Positions 1-8,854 of a stretch of 32,000 nt of DNA are shown in pieces (within the stretch, counting starts at the first letter, position 1; each line of letters opens with the position of its first letter). The stretch is from NCBI RefSeq assembly GCF_000186885.1, contig NC_014972.1, forward strand, positions 1,200,001 through 1,232,000. The letters are read 5' to 3'. A program made the position numbers and the translations under genes. Origin of the DNA: Desulfobulbus propionicus DSM 2032 (GTDB lineage Bacteria > Desulfobacterota > Desulfobulbia > Desulfobulbales > Desulfobulbaceae). Below the pieces are notes generated by a model. That model was not told the DNA's origin and made no database searches. It saw only the letters and a list, made by a program, of their open reading frames with translations.

Positions 1-189
1 AAAACCATCACCTCGCTCAAGAAGGAGTTCCCGGAGGTCAAGATCATTGCCATCTCCGGCGGCGGTCGTATCGGGCCGGAGGCCTATCTGCCGGCGGCGC
101 AGGAGCTGGGGGCGGACAGGGTGTTCAGCAAGCCCTTCGAAGTTCGGGAACTGGTCGATGCGGTCAAGGAGCTACTTGAACATGAATGA
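1..189 (+). CDS. response regulator receiver protein, C-terminal fragment (5' end outside the window)
   Basis: Frame 1 is open from base 1 to TGA at 187-189. It translates to KTITSLKKEFPEVKIIAISGGG...RVFSKPFEVRELVDAVKELLEHE, which looks like the beta4-alpha5 end of a CheY-like receiver with the conserved K-P-F. The stop overlaps the next gene's ATG at 182. Confidence 0.75.
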   Translation, partial: KTITSLKKEFPEVKIIAISGGGRIGPEAYLPAAQELGADRVFSKPFEVRELVDAVKELLEHE

Positions 190-2146
190 GATATACGCCC
201 TTGTGGTCGACAACAGTCCGGTCATTCGCAGGATTCTTGGCTATGTGCTGGAAGCCGAGGGATGCACGGTGGAGACGGCCGAGGATGGTCTGGCCGCGCT
301 GGATTGCATCGCCAGGCGGCGGCCCGACGTGCTCTTCACCGATCTGATCATGCCCAAGATCGATGGGGAGAAATTGTGTTACATCATCCGCAATACCCCG
401 GAACTCAAGGATATCTTCCTGGTGGTCCTTTCAGGGGTGGCGCTCGAGGACAATACGGCCACCCTGCAAATAGGCGCGGATGTCTGCATCGCCAAGGGAT
501 CGGCGGCCGCGATGATGGTGCACATCAAGGCGGCGTTGCGACGGTTCCAGTGCAATCAGCGCGGTGCAAGCGGCAGCATCGAGGGGCTGGAAGGGTTGTA
601 TCCGCGCGAGGTCACCGCAGAACTGCTGGTCAGCAAAAAACATCGGGAGATCATTCTCGCCCGGATGACCGAGGGGGTAGTCGAACTCAACCACCAGGGG
701 CGGATCGTCATGGCCAACGATGCGGCCCTCACCCTGTTCAACCTGCCCGAGGCGCGGGTTTTGGGCGCTTCATTGCTCCAACTGCTCCCTGAAACCGCTG
801 GAGAACGGGTGCGTGGATGGAGGGAGCAAATCGTTTCTGCCGCTCAGTATGAACCGCTGCTGTTTACCTATGATGAACCGGTGCTGCTCGGTGACCGCCA
901 AGTGACCTGCAATCTGGTGCCGGTGCCTGAAAACGATACCTTTTTCGTGATCGGCATTCTTCAGGATGTCACGGGCAGGAAAAAACTTGAGGTACGGCAG
1001 CGGCAACTGGAAAAGGAATTGCAACGTATCCGAAAACTGGATGCCATGTCCATGATGGCGAGCGGTATCGCCCATGATTTCAATAATCTGCTCACGATCA
1101 TCAACGGTAACCTGGAGATGGCGCGCTACGTCAGCCGCGACGAGAATGTGAGCCAGTTGTTGGGCGAATCGGCCAAGGCGCTTAATCTCACCGCGCAGTT
1201 GATTCGCCAGTTCACCACCTTTTCCGACAATTACCTGCCGCAGAAATCCCAGGTTCAGTTGCGCAGGTTGATTGAGGAGGTGTTGGCCCGCGATCTGGCC
1301 CCCGTTGGGATTCGTTACCAGATCAGGGCCGACGAGGAGGAACTGGCCCTGACGCTGGATCCCGATCTCGTTCGTCAAGTTTTTGTCAATCTCGCCAAGA
1401 ACGCGGTGGACGCCATGGGGACCAGCGGCCGCGTCGAGGTGTGCATCGAGCGGGTGGACGGCAGCGACGAAGCGGCCAGAACCGGCCAACCCGTACCGAG
1501 CGGCGAGTTGGCGCGGATCACTTTTCAGGACTCGGGCCCGGGTCTCGCGCCCTCGATCATCGATCAGGTCTTTGATCCCTACTTTTCCACCAAGCAGAAG
1601 GGGGCGCAAAAGGGGATGGGATTGGGGCTGACCATTGTCCATTCCATCGTCAAGAAACATGGCGGACTGGTCTGGCTCGAATCGCCCGACAGCGGTGGCT
1701 GCATCGTGTATCTCTATTTTCCGCTCCAGGAGGCGGCCATCACCGATCCCCGTCTGTGTGCGGGAAAAGGGTGCGGCAAGCGGATCCTGGTCATGGACGA
1801 CGAGGAAATGATGCGGCTGATCAACAGGAAAATGTTCGAGCATTACGGCTGCAAGGTGAGCGTGGCCTCCAGTGGTGACGAGGCGGTCGCCCTGTTTCGC
1901 CAACAGCTGGCGACCGGTAGCCCTTTCGACCTGACCCTGCTCGACCTGCGCGTCCACAACGGCATGGGCGGATTGGAAACCGCGCGCCAGATCGTGGCGT
2001 TGTGTCCAGAAGCAGCCTTGGTGGCGGTCAGCGGCGACAGCGGCAGTGAGGTGATGCAACGCTACAGCGAGCATCATTTCGTGGCCGCCCTGGCCAAGCC
2101 TTTCTCGATCGATGCGGTCGAAGACCTGATCAACCGTTTGTTGTGA
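182..2146 (+). CDS. hybrid sensor histidine kinase (REC-PAS-HisKA-HATPase-REC)
   Basis: The track ORF 47..2146 is trimmed to the ATG at 182 (MNEIYALVVDNSPVIRR). AAGGAG lies at 166-171, 10 nt upstream. The N-terminal receiver has FTDLIMPKIDG. A PAS-like segment (MTEGVVELNHQGRIVMANDAA) follows. The H-box is MASGIAHDFNNLLTII, the ATPase has G-boxes (QDSGPGL, GMGLGL), and a C-terminal receiver has ILVMDDEE...LTLLDLRV. Confidence 0.9.
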   Translation: MNEIYALVVDNSPVIRRILGYVLEAEGCTVETAEDGLAALDCIARRRPDVLFTDLIMPKIDGEKLCYIIRNTPELKDIFLVVLSGVALEDNTATLQIGADVCIAKGSAAAMMVHIKAALRRFQCNQRGASGSIEGLEGLYPREVTAELLVSKKHREIILARMTEGVVELNHQGRIVMANDAALTLFNLPEARVLGASLLQLLPETAGERVRGWREQIVSAAQYEPLLFTYDEPVLLGDRQVTCNLVPVPENDTFFVIGILQDVTGRKKLEVRQRQLEKELQRIRKLDAMSMMASGIAHDFNNLLTIINGNLEMARYVSRDENVSQLLGESAKALNLTAQLIRQFTTFSDNYLPQKSQVQLRRLIEEVLARDLAPVGIRYQIRADEEELALTLDPDLVRQVFVNLAKNAVDAMGTSGRVEVCIERVDGSDEAARTGQPVPSGELARITFQDSGPGLAPSIIDQVFDPYFSTKQKGAQKGMGLGLTIVHSIVKKHGGLVWLESPDSGGCIVYLYFPLQEAAITDPRLCAGKGCGKRILVMDDEEMMRLINRKMFEHYGCKVSVASSGDEAVALFRQQLATGSPFDLTLLDLRVHNGMGGLETARQIVALCPEAALVAVSGDSGSEVMQRYSEHHFVAALAKPFSIDAVEDLINRLL

Positions 2147-2223
2147 ACGCCTGGTGGAGCGGTTCGCGCCCTTGTTCCCCGTTGCCCCTGGGTGTTGCCC
2201 GTCTTGTCCCTGTTGAGTGATCC

Positions 2224-3234
2224 ATGTATCTTGCCCGTAAGAAGACCGGTTTTCGGCACGTTGGCTACATTCTGCGAGAATCCTACCAAAGCGGCGGGGT
2301 TTTCCTGTCCCGCGATCTGGCCGATTTGGGCCGGGATCCGGGCCGCTTGATCGTGTACAGCGGGGGATCGTCGTTTCACATCGACGAGGAGTTTGTCCGC
2401 CGGCTGCGCGAGCAGGGGGTGACCGCCCCCTACAGCGAGTTGGAGGCGTTGCTCTTTCCCTTTGTCGATCCCTACATCCAGCAGCGGCTGGAGCCCTTCC
2501 GCAACCGTGGCCAGTACCGGGCCTGGCGACCAGCGAGCGAGACCTTGCGCACCCGGGCGATGCGCGAGACCCAGCCCATGGACCGCAGGCGGCTGCATTA
2601 CCTGCGCATGGGACGGACTTCGCCGGAAACCGTGGACAAGACCGCCGCCTTCTACACGGTCCTGCTCGACAAATCGCGCGACGAGATCGAGCAGTTGATC
2701 CATGACCGCGAGCAGGCCCTGCCGCCGCGCGAGTATCACAGCTATCTGTTCGCCATTTTTAATCTGCAGCGGTTTTTCAAGGAAAGCTATGCCCGGTCCA
2801 TTCCCCAGGCCCTCGACCGCGACCGCCTGGACAGCCTGTTTATCGAGGAGATATGCCGAGTGGCCGGGGATGGCGAGTTCTGGCGGGGCTATCCGCGAAC
2901 CGACCGGCTGCCCGACTGTTTGATCCGCTATCTGATCATGTATTTTGATGCCGCTCCCGATGAACCCCTTGCCTGGATGCGGTTCGCCCGCTCTTCGCGC
3001 ACGCGCCGGTTCCATAGCGGCGGCCTGGCGACGGCCGACAAGATCTCGCGCACCCAGGCTTTTGCCCTGTTCGGCCTGAGCGGCGAACAGCTGGCTGGGA
3101 TGCGCAAGAAGGATCTCACCCGCCTCTATCGGCAAAAGGCCCACGAACTGCATCCGGACAAGGGTGGCGACAGCGAGCAGTTCATCCGTCTGACCGCAGC
3201 CTACGAAGAGCTGCTGCCCTCCCTGCGCTCATGA
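2224..3234 (+). CDS. J-domain (DnaJ-like) protein with an unassigned ~265-aa N-terminal region
   Basis: 336-aa ORF. The last ~65 aa form a J domain with the HPD tripeptide (KKDLTRLYRQKAHELHPDKGGDSEQFIRLTAAYEELL). I cannot place the N-terminal part in a family. The stop overlaps the next ATG (ATGA at 3231-3234). Confidence 0.8.
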   Translation: MYLARKKTGFRHVGYILRESYQSGGVFLSRDLADLGRDPGRLIVYSGGSSFHIDEEFVRRLREQGVTAPYSELEALLFPFVDPYIQQRLEPFRNRGQYRAWRPASETLRTRAMRETQPMDRRRLHYLRMGRTSPETVDKTAAFYTVLLDKSRDEIEQLIHDREQALPPREYHSYLFAIFNLQRFFKESYARSIPQALDRDRLDSLFIEEICRVAGDGEFWRGYPRTDRLPDCLIRYLIMYFDAAPDEPLAWMRFARSSRTRRFHSGGLATADKISRTQAFALFGLSGEQLAGMRKKDLTRLYRQKAHELHPDKGGDSEQFIRLTAAYEELLPSLRS

Positions 3235-5021
3235 CCGTTACTCCCGGCGGCATTGAAACCGGCAGCGCTGTGCGTGGCGATCGCGAGGCAGACATCGGCA
3301 TGCTGCTGCGGCTGCTCCGGCCCATTTTTCGTACCCATTGGCTGCGCTTGGCCGGCGGTTTTATCGCCCTCGTGACGGTCGATTTCCTCCAACTGATCAT
3401 CCCCCGTTTTGTCAAGGCCGCAGTGGATGGCTTGTCGGCCGGCACCGCCGATACCGCCCGGCTGATCCAACTGAGCGTGTCCGTCTGCCTGGTGGCCCTG
3501 GTGGTGGCGGTACTTCGCTTTACCTGGCGCTATCTGATCATCGGTTTTTCCCGGATTTTGGAAAAAAAGCTGCGTGATCGGCTCTTTGATCATCTGCTGC
3601 GCATGGATCAGCCTTTTTTCGAACGTTGGACCATTGGCGATCTCATGGCCCATGCGAGCAACGATCTCGCCACGGTCCAGATGGCCTGCGGCATGGGACT
3701 GGTGGCCGCGGTGGACGCGCTGGTGATGTCGGCGGCCGCCTTGGGGTTCATGATGGCGATCAGCCTCAAGCTGACCCTGATCGCCCTCCTGCCGATGCCG
3801 GTGCTGATCGTCTGCACCCGCATTCTTTCCGGCCGTCTGCATCACCGCTTCAACCTGGTGCAGGAGCAGTTTTCCCTGCTGACCGAGTTTGCCCGCGCAA
3901 CCCTGGTGTCGGTCCGCCTGATCAAGGCCTATACCCTGGAGCGCTTCCAGGAGGGCCGGTTCCAGCGTCTCGGCCAGGCCTATGTACGCAGCAACCTCAA
4001 GGTGGCCACCATCCAGGGGCTGCTCTTTCCCATCGCCACCCTGGTCGGCAATGTCGGCATGCTGCTCCTGCTCTATTACGGCGGAGCGTTGGTGATCGAG
4101 GGGGCGATCTCCATCGGTTCGTTTGTCGCCTTTGTCAGCTACCTCTACATGCTCATCTGGCCGATGATGGCGGTCGGTTGGGTGGCCAACCTCGCCCAGC
4201 GCGGCATTACCAGCATGCGACGTATCCACCGGCTGCTCACCCAGCAGCCGGTGGTCAGCACCAGGCCGACCGTGGCCCTGCCGCCGGCGGTCGTCACCGC
4301 CTACGCATGCCGGCGACTCAGCTTCACCTATGGCGAGGCCATTCGTCCAGCGCTTCGTGACCTCAACCTGGAGATCGGTCCTGGCCTGGTGGGCATGACC
4401 GGCCGCACCGGTTCGGGCAAATCGACCCTGTGCAAGCTGCTGCTGCGAATGTATCCGGTGGCCGACGGCATGTTGTATTTCCGGGGCGAGGATGTCAACC
4501 GCCTTGCCCAGGCCGACATCCGTGCCTGCATCGCCTATGTGGGCCAAGAACCGGTGGTCTTTGCCGACACCATCGCCGCCAATATTGCTTTTGGCCGGCC
4601 GGAGGCTTCCATGGCCGAGATCGAGGCTGCCGCCCGGGCCGCAGCCATTGACGAGGATATCCGCACCTTCGCCGACGGCTACCAGGCGGTCATCGGCGAG
4701 CGGGGCGTCAAGCTCTCCGGCGGCCAGCGGCAACGGCTGGCCCTGTCCCGGGCCCTGCTGTGCGACCGGCCGATGCTGATCATCGACGATGCCTTGTCGG
4801 CCATCGACGTCGAGACCGAGCAACAGGTCCTGCAGGGCATTCTTGCTGGCCTGGCCGGCAAATCGGTGCTGTTGATTTCCCACCGGATCAACGTGCTGCG
4901 CCACGCCGAGCGGATCGTGGTCCTTGACGAAGGACGGATCGTGGCCGAAGGGCGGCACGAGGACCTGCTCGCCACCCCCTTTTACCGCGTGATGGCGGAC
5001 AAGCAACGAAACGATGCATAA
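3231..5021 (+). CDS. ABC exporter fused permease/ATPase subunit (type I exporter half-transporter, degenerate catalytic residue)
   Basis: 596 aa. The N-terminal half has hydrophobic TM segments. The NBD has Walker A GRTGSGKST, Q-loop VGQEP, signature LSGGQRQR, Walker B MLIIDD followed by A (DD instead of DE), and H-loop ISHR. An alternative start is ATG 3300 (MLLRLLRPIF). Confidence 0.9.
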   Translation: MTVTPGGIETGSAVRGDREADIGMLLRLLRPIFRTHWLRLAGGFIALVTVDFLQLIIPRFVKAAVDGLSAGTADTARLIQLSVSVCLVALVVAVLRFTWRYLIIGFSRILEKKLRDRLFDHLLRMDQPFFERWTIGDLMAHASNDLATVQMACGMGLVAAVDALVMSAAALGFMMAISLKLTLIALLPMPVLIVCTRILSGRLHHRFNLVQEQFSLLTEFARATLVSVRLIKAYTLERFQEGRFQRLGQAYVRSNLKVATIQGLLFPIATLVGNVGMLLLLYYGGALVIEGAISIGSFVAFVSYLYMLIWPMMAVGWVANLAQRGITSMRRIHRLLTQQPVVSTRPTVALPPAVVTAYACRRLSFTYGEAIRPALRDLNLEIGPGLVGMTGRTGSGKSTLCKLLLRMYPVADGMLYFRGEDVNRLAQADIRACIAYVGQEPVVFADTIAANIAFGRPEASMAEIEAAARAAAIDEDIRTFADGYQAVIGERGVKLSGGQRQRLALSRALLCDRPMLIIDDALSAIDVETEQQVLQGILAGLAGKSVLLISHRINVLRHAERIVVLDEGRIVAEGRHEDLLATPFYRVMADKQRNDA

Positions 5022-6807
5022 TTTCGGCTATTCGGAAGAGGGGCAGATCGGATCGGTCGGCGACGCACGGCTGTGGCGGCGCATTCTGGGCTACTGCCGG
5101 CAGCATGCGGCCGCGCTGACCGGGGCGGTGGCGCTCAGCCTGGTGATCACCGTGGCCACCTTGGGGATGCCGCGCCTGATGCAGCTGGGGATCGACCAAT
5201 ACATCGTGGTCGAGTCGCTGCCGGGCGCGGCGCGCATCGCCGGGCTGGGTCAGGTGGCCCTGTGGTACGGACTGCTGGTGGGCGTGGTCTTCCTTGCCAC
5301 CTTTTTTCAGGTGGTGCTGCTCGAATGGATCGGTCAATCGATCATGCATCGGCTGCGTCAGGATTTGTTCAGCCACCTGCTGACCCTTGATCTCGGCTAT
5401 TTCCACAACCAGCCCGCCGGCCGGCTGGTGACCCGGCTGACCAACGACATCCAGAACATGCACGAGATGTTCACCTCGGTGATGGTCACTCTGTTCAACG
5501 ACGGTCTCAAGCTGGCGGGTATCTTCTGGTTTCTGGCGATGATGAACGGCCGGCTCGCCCTGGTGATGTCGATCTTCATTCCGCTGGCCACGGTGATCAC
5601 CCTGGTTTTTTCCCGATTCGCCCGCGAGCAGTTCCGCGCCATCCGTTCGCAGTTGGCCAAGATCAACAGTTTCCTCGCCGAATCCCTGGCAGGAGTGGCC
5701 GTGATCCAGGCCTTTGGCGGCCAGGAGCGGAGCAGCCGCGCCCACGGCGGCCTGACCGGGGAATACCTGCAGCGCTCCTTCGATCAGATCAAGCTGTTCG
5801 GCACCTTCATGCCGCTGACCGAACTGATGAGCTCGGCGGCCATTGCCCTGATCATCTGGTACGGCGGCGGCGAGGTCATCCGCCGCACGCTGACCATCGG
5901 CGAACTGGCCGCCTTCATCTCCTATATGCGGCTGTTTTTTCAGCCGCTGCGCGAGCTTTCCCAAAAATATTCAATTGTCCAGTCGGCCATGGCCTCGGCC
6001 GAACGGATCTTCCAGACCCTGGACACCCGCTCGGCCATGCGGGCGCTGCCGACAATCCTGCCGAGCGAAACGGCGGCGTCGGCCGGGGCCATCGAGTTCC
6101 GCGGCGTCCAGTTCGCCTACCAACCGGGCCAGCCGATTCTGCGTGACATCAACCTGCGCATCGCTCCGGGAGAGACCATCGCCCTGGTCGGGTCCACCGG
6201 TGCCGGCAAATCGACCTTGATTTCCCTTTTGGTGCGGTTTTACGATCCAACCCAGGGCGTGGTGCTGGTAGACGGGGTCGATGTTCGCAGCCTGCCTCTG
6301 GAGACCCTGCGACAACGGATCGGCATCATCATGCAGGATATCTTCATCCTGCCCGACACGGTGCGGGCCAACATCATCCTCGATCAGCAGACAGATGAGC
6401 GACGCCTAGCCGATATCCTCGGCCGCACCGGTCTGGACGGCTTTATCGGCCGCCTGCCCCAGGGGCTTGAGACCCGTATCGGCGAGGGTGCGCTCAATCT
6501 CAGTTTGGGCGAAAAGCAGCTTTTGTCCTTTGTCCGCGCCCTCTACCGCGACCCCTCCATTCTCGTGCTCGACGAGGCTACCGCCTCCATCGACACCGAG
6601 TCGGAAAACCTGCTCGAGCAGGCCATTGCCGCCGGCTTCCACGGCCGGACTTCATTGGTGATCGCCCACCGCCTGTCCACCATCCGTCGGGTCGACCGGA
6701 TCCTGGTCATGGAGCAGGGGCGGATTGTCGAGCAGGGCAGCCACGAGGAATTGATGGGCCGGGAGAGTCTCTACCGCGATCTGGTACGGCTCGATGGTCA
6801 GGCGTAG
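5014..6807 (+). CDS. ABC exporter fused permease/ATPase subunit (partner half-transporter, degenerate signature motif)
   Basis: 597 aa, overlapping the upstream gene by 8 nt. Walker A is GSTGAGKST, Walker B plus catalytic Glu is ILVLDEAT, and the H-loop is IAHRL. The signature is LSLGEKQ instead of LSGGQ. Confidence 0.9.
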   Translation: MHNFGYSEEGQIGSVGDARLWRRILGYCRQHAAALTGAVALSLVITVATLGMPRLMQLGIDQYIVVESLPGAARIAGLGQVALWYGLLVGVVFLATFFQVVLLEWIGQSIMHRLRQDLFSHLLTLDLGYFHNQPAGRLVTRLTNDIQNMHEMFTSVMVTLFNDGLKLAGIFWFLAMMNGRLALVMSIFIPLATVITLVFSRFAREQFRAIRSQLAKINSFLAESLAGVAVIQAFGGQERSSRAHGGLTGEYLQRSFDQIKLFGTFMPLTELMSSAAIALIIWYGGGEVIRRTLTIGELAAFISYMRLFFQPLRELSQKYSIVQSAMASAERIFQTLDTRSAMRALPTILPSETAASAGAIEFRGVQFAYQPGQPILRDINLRIAPGETIALVGSTGAGKSTLISLLVRFYDPTQGVVLVDGVDVRSLPLETLRQRIGIIMQDIFILPDTVRANIILDQQTDERRLADILGRTGLDGFIGRLPQGLETRIGEGALNLSLGEKQLLSFVRALYRDPSILVLDEATASIDTESENLLEQAIAAGFHGRTSLVIAHRLSTIRRVDRILVMEQGRIVEQGSHEELMGRESLYRDLVRLDGQA

Positions 6808-6847
6808 AACGTGTGAGGAGGCAATTTGGTTCTGGCAATACGGTGTG

Positions 6848-7663
6848 CTACGGCTTTGGGCTGTAGGCTGTGTTGCGGTAGAAGGGGATGGTGCGTTCGA
6901 GCATTTTCTGTAGTTCGCCGTTTTTTTCGATCTGGGCCAGGTACGCGTTGGCCGCGTCGCGCAGGGCGGTGTCGTTGGGGCGGACCGCCCAAGCCAGCGG
7001 TTCACGGGTGAGGGGCGTTCCCCCCGGGGTCAGCCCCTTGTCGACGTAAAGGGAGGCGTAATAGAAATTGGTGGCCATGTCGAAGACAAAGACGTCGATG
7101 GTGTCGGCCACCAGGGCCTGTACCCCTTCGGCCGCCGTGGGGAAGCGGCTGATCGTGCCCTTGGGTTTGAGCATCTTGAGCAGGTTGTCGCCGGAACTTT
7201 CGCCCACCACCCCGAGGCGGACGGATTGTTCGGTCAGGCCTCGGGTCCCCTTGCCAAGTTTCTTGTGATCATCCAGATGGACGAGCGCCACTTGGCCCGA
7301 GATCAGATAGGGGTTGGCGGTGGCCAGTTTCCGGGCATGGGCCTCGGCCACGGTCATCCCGGTCATGAGAATGTCCACCTTCTTGTCCAGCAGCGCCTCG
7401 GCCAGGTCCTGCCGCGGTATCTCCACCAGTTCCAGGTTTCTTTGCATCGAGGCCGCCAGACCGGCGGCAAACTTCACCTCCAGACCAATGGCGACGTCGC
7501 CCTGTTCATAGGCCAGCGGCGGCGCATCCAGGGCGATGCCGACCCGGAGGGGGGCAGGTTCCATCAGCCTGTGGAACAATCCCTTGGTCTGGGAACCGTG
7601 ATGGCAGCCGCCGAGCATGGCGGCGGCGAGGAGGGCGAGCAGGAGGCGGGACAATCGGGTCAT
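6848..7663 (-). CDS. periplasmic solute-binding lipoprotein, family 3 (amino-acid-type SBP fold)
   Basis: Track ORF 6848..7714 is trimmed to the ATG at 7663 (MTRLSRLLLALLAAAMLGGCHHG), which gives a signal peptide with lipobox LGGC. The body resembles SBP_bac_3 proteins (LRVGIALDAPPLAY..., DILMTGMTV..., FVFDMATNFYY). No cognate permease or ATPase lies adjacent. Confidence 0.8.
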   Translation of the reverse strand: MTRLSRLLLALLAAAMLGGCHHGSQTKGLFHRLMEPAPLRVGIALDAPPLAYEQGDVAIGLEVKFAAGLAASMQRNLELVEIPRQDLAEALLDKKVDILMTGMTVAEAHARKLATANPYLISGQVALVHLDDHKKLGKGTRGLTEQSVRLGVVGESSGDNLLKMLKPKGTISRFPTAAEGVQALVADTIDVFVFDMATNFYYASLYVDKGLTPGGTPLTREPLAWAVRPNDTALRDAANAYLAQIEKNGELQKMLERTIPFYRNTAYSPKP

Positions 7664-7739
7664 GGCGTTGTTCTCTTCTGAAGGCGGACGGCGCGACGTT
7701 TGTTGGGCGGACACGGAAAAGGGGTGGCGAGGTATCCGT

Positions 7740-8222
7740 TCAGCGGGCCGGCACGCCCTTGATCACCCGGCCGGTGGAGATAAACGAAATGCCCTGCTGC
7801 ATCTTGGTGCCGATCATTACCGATTCGATGATCGGCTCGACGACGGCGGCCTTCGCCTCCCACTCGACCAGGAATTTGGCGCCCGAGCCGCCTTTGGATT
7901 CCGATTCCGGGACAATGAACCGGGTGGAACCCAGAGGCTCGATGGTCATGGGTTGCTCCAGATACTGCTGCAGGAGCACCCCCTTGGAATCGTAGTAGCT
8001 AACGCTTTTCAGGGTGAATGGTTTGTCCGGATCAGTGTTGCGCACGCTGAGGGTGGCGGTCAGCAGGAAGGGCGTGTCGCGGTAGCGGTCCTCGGCGTAG
8101 ATGTGCGAATAGATCGGCACATAGACTGTCTGGCCGAGCCATTTGGACAGGGTTTCGCCGGCGACAGGGCGGGTGCACAGGAACAGGGCGCAGAACAGCA
8201 GGACAATGCGTTCGATTTTCAT
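7740..8222 (-). CDS. secreted small protein, DUF3124-like
   Basis: 160 aa with a signal peptide (MKIERIVLLFCALFLCTRPVAG). The core VYVPIYSHIYAEDRY...LSVRNTD matches my memory of the DUF3124 family but needs HMM confirmation. The ATG overlaps the upstream stop (ATGA at 8219-8222). Confidence 0.65.
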   Translation of the reverse strand: MKIERIVLLFCALFLCTRPVAGETLSKWLGQTVYVPIYSHIYAEDRYRDTPFLLTATLSVRNTDPDKPFTLKSVSYYDSKGVLLQQYLEQPMTIEPLGSTRFIVPESESKGGSGAKFLVEWEAKAAVVEPIIESVMIGTKMQQGISFISTGRVIKGVPAR

Positions 8223-8854
8223 GGGCGTATCGGCGGTACGGGTTGTGAACGGTGGGCGGAGAGCAGGGCGGCCGCCACTTCGCGGCTCAGGTCGGCGACG
8301 GCCTGCGAGCCGCTGTCAACATAGCCGGAATACTCCGGTTTGTCGATGGGGCGCGTCTGGCGGAATGTCTTTCGCGCCACAATGGTTTTGCGTACGCTGT
8401 CGCTCAGGGTGTAGACGGCGGTGGTGATGAACTGGCGGCCGTTGCCGCTGAATTCATTGATGTCGACTTCCAGCTGGTAGCGGATGACGCCGTAGCGTGG
8501 GCCGGGGTAGGCGGCGACCTGGTCGGTGGCCAGCAGGTCCTTGAGGTCGGCGACCATCTGCTGGCTGATCTGCTGATCCAGCGGACCGGCCCAGAGGTGG
8601 TTGGCCGAGGCGCGGGCCTCGCCGGAGGTGCGCTGGGTGAGCAGCCCGCGGCCCTGGAGATGCGGCGCCAGCTGTATCGGCATGAGCAGGATCAACTCCT
8701 TGGAGGTGGTAAAATCATGCCCCAGGGGGGGCTGCCGGACCGGCTGCAAGGCATAGAGGATATTGTTGGTCGTGGGTTTGAGGCAACCACCGAGCAGCAA
8801 GGCGCAGACCAGCAGCCATCCCAGGGAACGTCCGACGTTGTTGGCAGTATTCAT
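8219..8854 (-). CDS. PqiC-like ABC-transport auxiliary lipoprotein (DUF330 type)
   Basis: 211 aa with lipobox LLGGC near the N-terminus. It has the size and position typical of PqiC-like lipoproteins, immediately after an MCE gene. ATGA overlaps occur at both ends (8851-8854 and 8219-8222). Confidence 0.7.
   Translation of the reverse strand: MNTANNVGRSLGWLLVCALLLGGCLKPTTNNILYALQPVRQPPLGHDFTTSKELILLMPIQLAPHLQGRGLLTQRTSGEARASANHLWAGPLDQQISQQMVADLKDLLATDQVAAYPGPRYGVIRYQLEVDINEFSGNGRQFITTAVYTLSDSVRKTIVARKTFRQTRPIDKPEYSGYVDSGSQAVADLSREVAAALLSAHRSQPVPPIRP

Noticed and set aside
770-2077. 435-aa ORF antisense to the hybrid kinase. Similar long antisense or shadow ORFs occur at 2074-3153, 3201-5006 (601 aa), 4888-5964, 14098-14952, 14864-15802, 16155-17429, 21691-23157, 25819-26850, 27455-28321 and 29768-30898.
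   Set aside because: Each lies opposite a gene with unmistakable family motifs. Their translations are low-complexity and rich in Arg, Gly, Ala, Pro, His and Gln, with no recognisable motifs. High GC at third codon positions suppresses stop codons on the antisense strand, so these are expected artefacts.
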